NCBI GenBank assembly: GCA_030679255.1
Contig: JAUXTO010000022.1
Span: 915 to 64,914 of the forward strand
DNA length: 64,000 bases
Origin: Candidatus Gottesmanbacteria bacterium
Lineage (GTDB): Bacteria > Patescibacteriota > Microgenomatia > UBA10105 > UBA927
Direction of reading: 5' to 3'
A program made the position numbers and the translations under genes. Position 1 is the first letter of the stretch, and every line of letters starts with the position of its first letter. The notes beneath the pieces were generated by a model. The model was not told the origin of the DNA. It made no database searches and saw only the letters and a program-made list of their open reading frames with translations. This document shows positions 59,905 to 64,000 of this stretch, piece by piece.

Positions 59905-60125
59905 GTATACAGGTATTCATCAATGCGGGAAGAAAGATCCTTGGGTCCTTTTGCTCCAATTTTGGCGATTTGGAGAAGCGCCCGGCCGGCGTTGGGCTGA
60001 GTGCGCTCGAGTCCAACGTGAAGGAGCTCGCGGACCACCGCTGCAGCTTTCTTCTGCCCCCGTTTCGCTTCAAGCTGGATACGGGTATACAAATCTTCAG
60101 TAAGGTACACTTGTGTTCGAATCAT
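59901..60125 (-). CDS. Ribbon-helix-helix antitoxin
   Basis: 74 aa; 4-nt overlap with the PIN gene. Confidence 0.6.
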   Translation of the reverse strand: MIRTQVYLTEDLYTRIQLEAKRGQKKAAAVVRELLHVGLERTQPNAGRALLQIAKIGAKGPKDLSSRIDEYLYT

Positions 60126-60177
60126 ATGTTATATGTATAACATACGTTTACCGTCTTGTCAAACGATTTGAAGAATA

Positions 60178-60531
60178 CTAAACGGCTTCAAAAAACATCC
60201 CGGGTGTATCATACATACTTCCTGCTCGCTTCCTCGCGCGATCAACGTACGTCTGATAATTATCTTGGGCTTTGACCTCTTCAGGGTCATCTCCCATTTC
60301 CAATGCAACCCACGCGGTTACAAATTCCTCTCTTGTAAGTCTCCTCAGCTCCACAGCCCAATCAATTTCACTCAGTGGAAGTGTTCCCGGCCAACTCATG
60401 ATTGTGCGTTCAACTGGATCATAGTCGACATAATTGGTAGCATCACGCGTAAAGATTGGCACGAGGACAATTTGTTTCTGATCCGTCTTAAGCGTTACAA
60501 CGATTCCGGATAAAATTTCAATTTGAGCCAT
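60178..60531 (-). CDS. Hypothetical protein (117 aa)
   Basis: ORF only. Confidence 0.45.
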   Translation of the reverse strand: MAQIEILSGIVVTLKTDQKQIVLVPIFTRDATNYVDYDPVERTIMSWPGTLPLSEIDWAVELRRLTREEFVTAWVALEMGDDPEEVKAQDNYQTYVDRARKRAGSMYDTPGMFFEAV

Positions 60532-60539
60532 AAATTTTT

Positions 60540-61409
60540 TTATTTTTCTTTATCAATAACCAATGATTTCATCACCACCGGTATCTCCCCAGCCAAATCC
60601 GTCGCATTGAAGTATGGACCGACGCGGGCGTAGAGCGCGTCCCCGGCTTTTTTATTGATGAAGCTGCCGGCAATCGCAGCGAGGAACGGATCGTTTTTGC
60701 AGGCTAAAGCCGCGATGAGTCCCGCCAGCACATCCCCCGTCCCGCCCTTGGTCATCCCGGCGTTGCCGCCTTCGATCACCCGGCACTCCCCCAGTGTACA
60801 AACATTTCTATCACATTCCCCGCCACTGGCGGCGATATCCTTCTCGCCCTTGAGCAACACGATGCACTGATATTCTTTCGCAAACAATTTTACTTTATCT
60901 TGATCTGAAATTATTTGGTCATTAGAAATTGGAAATTGGAAATTACGGCAAAGCCCTTCAAACTCTCCATGGTGCGGTGTCAATATGGCGTTTTTCGGAA
61001 TGAGCGACAGATCCATCATTTGGAGAGCCCCCGCGTCAATCACCCACTGTTTCTTGGGATATTTTTTCAATAATCGATTCGTCAATTCCTGTGTTTCAGG
61101 GGTCCGGTCCATTCCCGGACCGATAAGGATACAATCATCCTCTTCAATATAATTTTCCACATCTCCCCGCGCTATCACAATTCCATTTCTAAATTCCTCT
61201 TTCGCTTTTTGCACGATTTCATTATTCTCCGGCACGCTGCAGTAATGCACCAAGTCGACTATCCGCGAGGCGACGGTGAGCGACCACAGACTCGCCGCGT
61301 GGAACAGGTGGGATCCTCCAATAATGAGGAGCCTCCCGTTCTGACCCTTATGGCTCCCTCTCCCCGGCACATATAGCGTTTTCAAGTCCTCAATAGTTAC
61401 GGTCTTCAT
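60540..61409 (-). CDS. nnrD: YjeF-family carbohydrate kinase / NAD(P)H-hydrate dehydratase
   Basis: LIIGGSHLFHAASLW ... LIGPGMDRT ... GTGDVLAGLIAAL; contains the in-frame repeat insert NFQFPISNDQ. Confidence 0.8.
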   Translation of the reverse strand: MKTVTIEDLKTLYVPGRGSHKGQNGRLLIIGGSHLFHAASLWSLTVASRIVDLVHYCSVPENNEIVQKAKEEFRNGIVIARGDVENYIEEDDCILIGPGMDRTPETQELTNRLLKKYPKKQWVIDAGALQMMDLSLIPKNAILTPHHGEFEGLCRNFQFPISNDQIISDQDKVKLFAKEYQCIVLLKGEKDIAASGGECDRNVCTLGECRVIEGGNAGMTKGGTGDVLAGLIAALACKNDPFLAAIAGSFINKKAGDALYARVGPYFNATDLAGEIPVVMKSLVIDKEK

Positions 61410-61424
61410 AGAGTTATTACGCCT

Positions 61425-61485
61425 TCCGACTTTATAGACTTTATAGACTTTATAGACTTTAGACTTTAGACTTTAGACTTTCTGA
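61425..61485. repeat. GACTTTATA / GACTTTA tandem-repeat array (intergenic, yjeF-recF spacer)
   Basis: gactttatagactttatagactttatagactttagactttagactttagactttctgac; related arrays at 28668-28710 and 39062-39085. Confidence 0.85.
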
Positions 61486-61491
61486 CTTCTA

Positions 61492-62565
61492 TTATAACCT
61501 TATCACCTTGGCGGCCCCCAGTATCTCTTTTGGCACCGAGGCTTCATCGGCGGAAGTCAAAATTGTTTGTTGCTTACCAACTAAATCAACAACGAGCCGT
61601 CGATGCCCTTCATCCAGCTCCGAAAATATATCGTCGAGAAGTAAAATAGGCCGCTCTCCACTCTCTTGCTCTATATAAGAAAGTTCTGCAAGCTTCAACC
61701 AAAGCACCGCAAGCCGCTGTTCACCGCGGCTCCCATATTTACTCAACTGCTTAATATTTGCTTGGTCATTGGGATTTGGGATTTGAGATTTCATGACGAC
61801 AAAGTCGTCCCGATGTGGCCCCACGAGCGTCGCCTTCGCCCCCACTTCTTCGGCCGCATACTGCTCGAGCCGGCTCTCCGATATCACACTCTTGTCATAT
61901 TCAATCTGATATCTTACATCTGACATCTTATATCTATTGACAAAGTCAATCAGCTCTCCCCTCTTTTCCGTTATATATTCCCCGGCTTTAATGAGGAGCT
62001 GATTCCAAAACAGGAGCTGCCCCCTTCCTGCCTTTCCTTCATTGATGAGATCCAGGAGTCGGTTGCGTTGCCGGAGTCCCCGCTCATAGGAAGAGAGATT
62101 TCTCCGGTATTCACGGTCCACTTGCACGAGGACGCTGTCCAAATATTTTCGTCGTATCGAGGGGCTATCGGTGACGAGCTCGAGGTGCTCCGGCCAAAAA
62201 AGGACCGCCCGCAAATTGCCCACGAAGTCCACCTGCCGCCTGGGTACCCCATTGACCAGATACTTCTTCATCGGCACTTCTTGTCCCTGCACTTCTCCCT
62301 GTGTAATTACTACTTCAAGGCTTATTTGGTCATTGAGATTTGAGATTTGAGATTTTATCCATGTCATTTCGCTTCCCCACCCGATCGCCTCCCGATCTTG
62401 ATCCGCCCGGAAACTTTTGCCTGTCGCAAGAAACGCGATCGCCTCCAAAATATTCGTCTTCCCCGCCGTATTGGGGCCTACGATGAGCGTTGTACCAGTG
62501 GAAAACTCAAATGTCTTTTTCGCGTAACTACGGAAATTTTGAAGCGAGAGGTTCGACAATATCAT
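61492..62565 (-). CDS. recF: DNA replication and repair protein RecF
   Basis: LIVGPNTAGKTNILEAI (Walker A) ... LLLDDIFSELD; contains two in-frame repeat inserts. Confidence 0.9.
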   Translation of the reverse strand: MILSNLSLQNFRSYAKKTFEFSTGTTLIVGPNTAGKTNILEAIAFLATGKSFRADQDREAIGWGSEMTWIKSQISNLNDQISLEVVITQGEVQGQEVPMKKYLVNGVPRRQVDFVGNLRAVLFWPEHLELVTDSPSIRRKYLDSVLVQVDREYRRNLSSYERGLRQRNRLLDLINEGKAGRGQLLFWNQLLIKAGEYITEKRGELIDFVNRYKMSDVRYQIEYDKSVISESRLEQYAAEEVGAKATLVGPHRDDFVVMKSQIPNPNDQANIKQLSKYGSRGEQRLAVLWLKLAELSYIEQESGERPILLLDDIFSELDEGHRRLVVDLVGKQQTILTSADEASVPKEILGAAKVIRL

Positions 62566-62647
62566 TTACCAATTTTATCATTTCTCTCGTTGATTGTTTT
62601 TATTAGTAGTATTGGTAGTATTTGATGATTGGTAGTATTGGTAGTAT

Positions 62648-63349
62648 TTATTGTATCGTCGTCCCTTTAAACGCCTTCCCATCAAGGGCGCGGGCAAGAT
62701 TGACGAGATCGCGGCCATTGAGAAGTTTGACCGTCACCCCGAGTTCAGAAGCAAGTTTGGAGGCAATCGGATCAAACGGCACGTTCATCCCCGGCGTCCA
62801 CGTATCCCCTACTATTTTCCGGTATGCCGCCCACCGGACGTTGGTCATAGGCTTGGCGTCAGGAAACTTTTTAGGATCCTTGTCATACACCTGGTCGACA
62901 TTGGTGAGATTAACGACCTGCCGGATCCCATAATCCACACAGAGCGTCACTGCACAGTAGTCCGTACTCCACCCCGGCTTCCATCCGGCCGCCATGACGA
63001 CGGGTTTATCGGTTTTGAGAATCACTTCATAGTGTTTGATGATCCTGGGATCGGCAATATCTACAAATATTGTCCGCACAAGCTGGGCATTGAGCCGTGT
63101 GGCGTGCAGTCCCAACCAGTCCGTATCCGCATCGACCAGTTTTTGTCCCCGTACGACCCGCGCCGCTTCCTGATAGTGCCGCGTCGTCCCACCGCCTCCA
63201 ACCGTTATAAAAAATCTCCTTTTTTTGGAGGAGATTTGATTTCGGATGAAGGTGTTAAAAGCAGAAAGAAATTGGGTATCAATACCGCCATTAGGGACCA
63301 CAAGCGATCCCCCAAGGGATAAAACAAAAGTATTATTTTCGGTGCTCAT
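62648..63349 (-). CDS. Amino-acid-kinase-family protein, UMP-kinase-like
   Basis: FVLSLGGSLV ... FITVGGGGTTR; start taken at MSTENN. Confidence 0.65.
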   Translation of the reverse strand: MSTENNTFVLSLGGSLVVPNGGIDTQFLSAFNTFIRNQISSKKRRFFITVGGGGTTRHYQEAARVVRGQKLVDADTDWLGLHATRLNAQLVRTIFVDIADPRIIKHYEVILKTDKPVVMAAGWKPGWSTDYCAVTLCVDYGIRQVVNLTNVDQVYDKDPKKFPDAKPMTNVRWAAYRKIVGDTWTPGMNVPFDPIASKLASELGVTVKLLNGRDLVNLARALDGKAFKGTTIQ

Positions 63350-63461
63350 TATGTCCGTTTGTTCTTTTTGAAACTGGCGCAACAATATATCTTCGTGTAT
63401 ACTATCAGATGTATATATCCTGTCAATGAGCCCAAATATATTCAATATTATATTTTAATTT

Positions 63462-63698
63462 ATGGGAGATGCTGAAAGAATCGGAATTCAAGCAGAATTT
63501 CCAGTTGCCGATTTAAACGCTCATGCATTAGTTCGCGCATCGCTACCATTACGTTTACAATCACGTTTTGACATCTTATACGGTTCTATATTTTCTCAAA
63601 AGCTCAAACAACAATTAAGCGGTGCGACCACTGATTCCCGTGTACAAATACAGTCAGAAGCAGCTCAATTAGCAGCAAATGCGCTGATAAATCTCTAA
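63462..63698 (+). CDS. Hypothetical small protein (78 aa)
   Basis: ORF only. Confidence 0.35.
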   Translation: MGDAERIGIQAEFPVADLNAHALVRASLPLRLQSRFDILYGSIFSQKLKQQLSGATTDSRVQIQSEAAQLAANALINL

Positions 63699-63756
63699 CA
63701 AGTCCTGCCCATACTCCTTCAATGTCAACATATCGTAGTAATAGTTATAGAACTCT

Positions 63757-64000
63757 ATGCCAAGACTTTCAGACGTAGAATCCTATCGTCCCCACCCGAT
63801 TGTCGCCAGTGTTGGCGGATCTATTGTACGCCCAAATGAACTCAACCGCGGGTTTATCTGCGAATTTTTGGAGTTTACCAAAGATATCGTAGACCGCGAG
63901 GGGACGGTCGTTGCCGTCATCGGTGGTGGTGGCATGGCCCGTCAACTTATTGGCGACGCCCGCGCTATGGGCGTTTCTCATCCTCTCACGCTTGATCAGA
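63757..64000 (+). CDS. Amino-acid-kinase-family protein (UMP-kinase-like), truncated by the window end
   Basis: Own translation: MPRLSDVESYRPHPIVASVGGSIVRP...VAVIGGGGMARQLIG; no stop before the window ends. Confidence 0.6.
   Translation, partial: MPRLSDVESYRPHPIVASVGGSIVRPNELNRGFICEFLEFTKDIVDREGTVVAVIGGGGMARQLIGDARAMGVSHPLTLDQ

Noticed and set aside
6590-62660. Tandem repeat arrays as possible CRISPR arrays
   Set aside because: Units are only 7-11 nt, directly abutting, with no unique spacers of 25-40 nt and no cas genes. This is not CRISPR architecture.

Overview
The window looks like a chromosomal segment from a small-genome, CPR/Patescibacteria-like bacterium (inference). It starts with a minus-strand 23S rRNA gene (~70-4085) carrying two group I-type introns; the first encodes a single-motif LAGLIDADG homing endonuclease, the second has no ORF. 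A tRNA-Ala(UGC) lies upstream of the 23S gene, with no 16S adjacent. A ~25-kb island (~6.7-31.9 kb) follows, almost entirely minus-strand. It holds lineage-specific hypothetical proteins: two small helical paralog families, glycine-zipper membrane proteins, two paralogous ABC exporter-type TMD-NBD fusions and a membrane-anchored staphylococcal-nuclease homolog. Toxin-antitoxin modules are interspersed (HepT/MntA, AbiEi/AbiEii, VapBC, HicAB, Fic). Next is a redox/housekeeping block (trxA, trxB, FNR-like oxidoreductase, gdhA). After that comes a five-member paralog array of proline-rich membrane-anchored proteins with near-identical 5' and 3' ends and unrelated cores (40.8-48.8 kb). The rest carries pth, a PHP-domain protein interrupted by a LAGLIDADG intein, two GT2 glycosyltransferases, an ATP-dependent DNA ligase, recF, a YjeF-family kinase and amino-acid-kinase-family genes. 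The most unusual feature is a set of short tandem-repeat element families (TTGGTAGTATT, GACTTTTGAC, GACGACTGA, CAAATCCCAATGACCAA, TAGGAGA-like, TTATTGGA, GACTTTATA) that fill nearly every intergenic spacer and are also inserted in frame into conserved genes (trxB, gdhA, recF, yjeF, ligase, PHP protein, ABC C-termini). In addition, a ~70-nt hairpin element is present in three copies with a compensatory base change. All calls come from reading the sequence and ORF track; no database searches were run.
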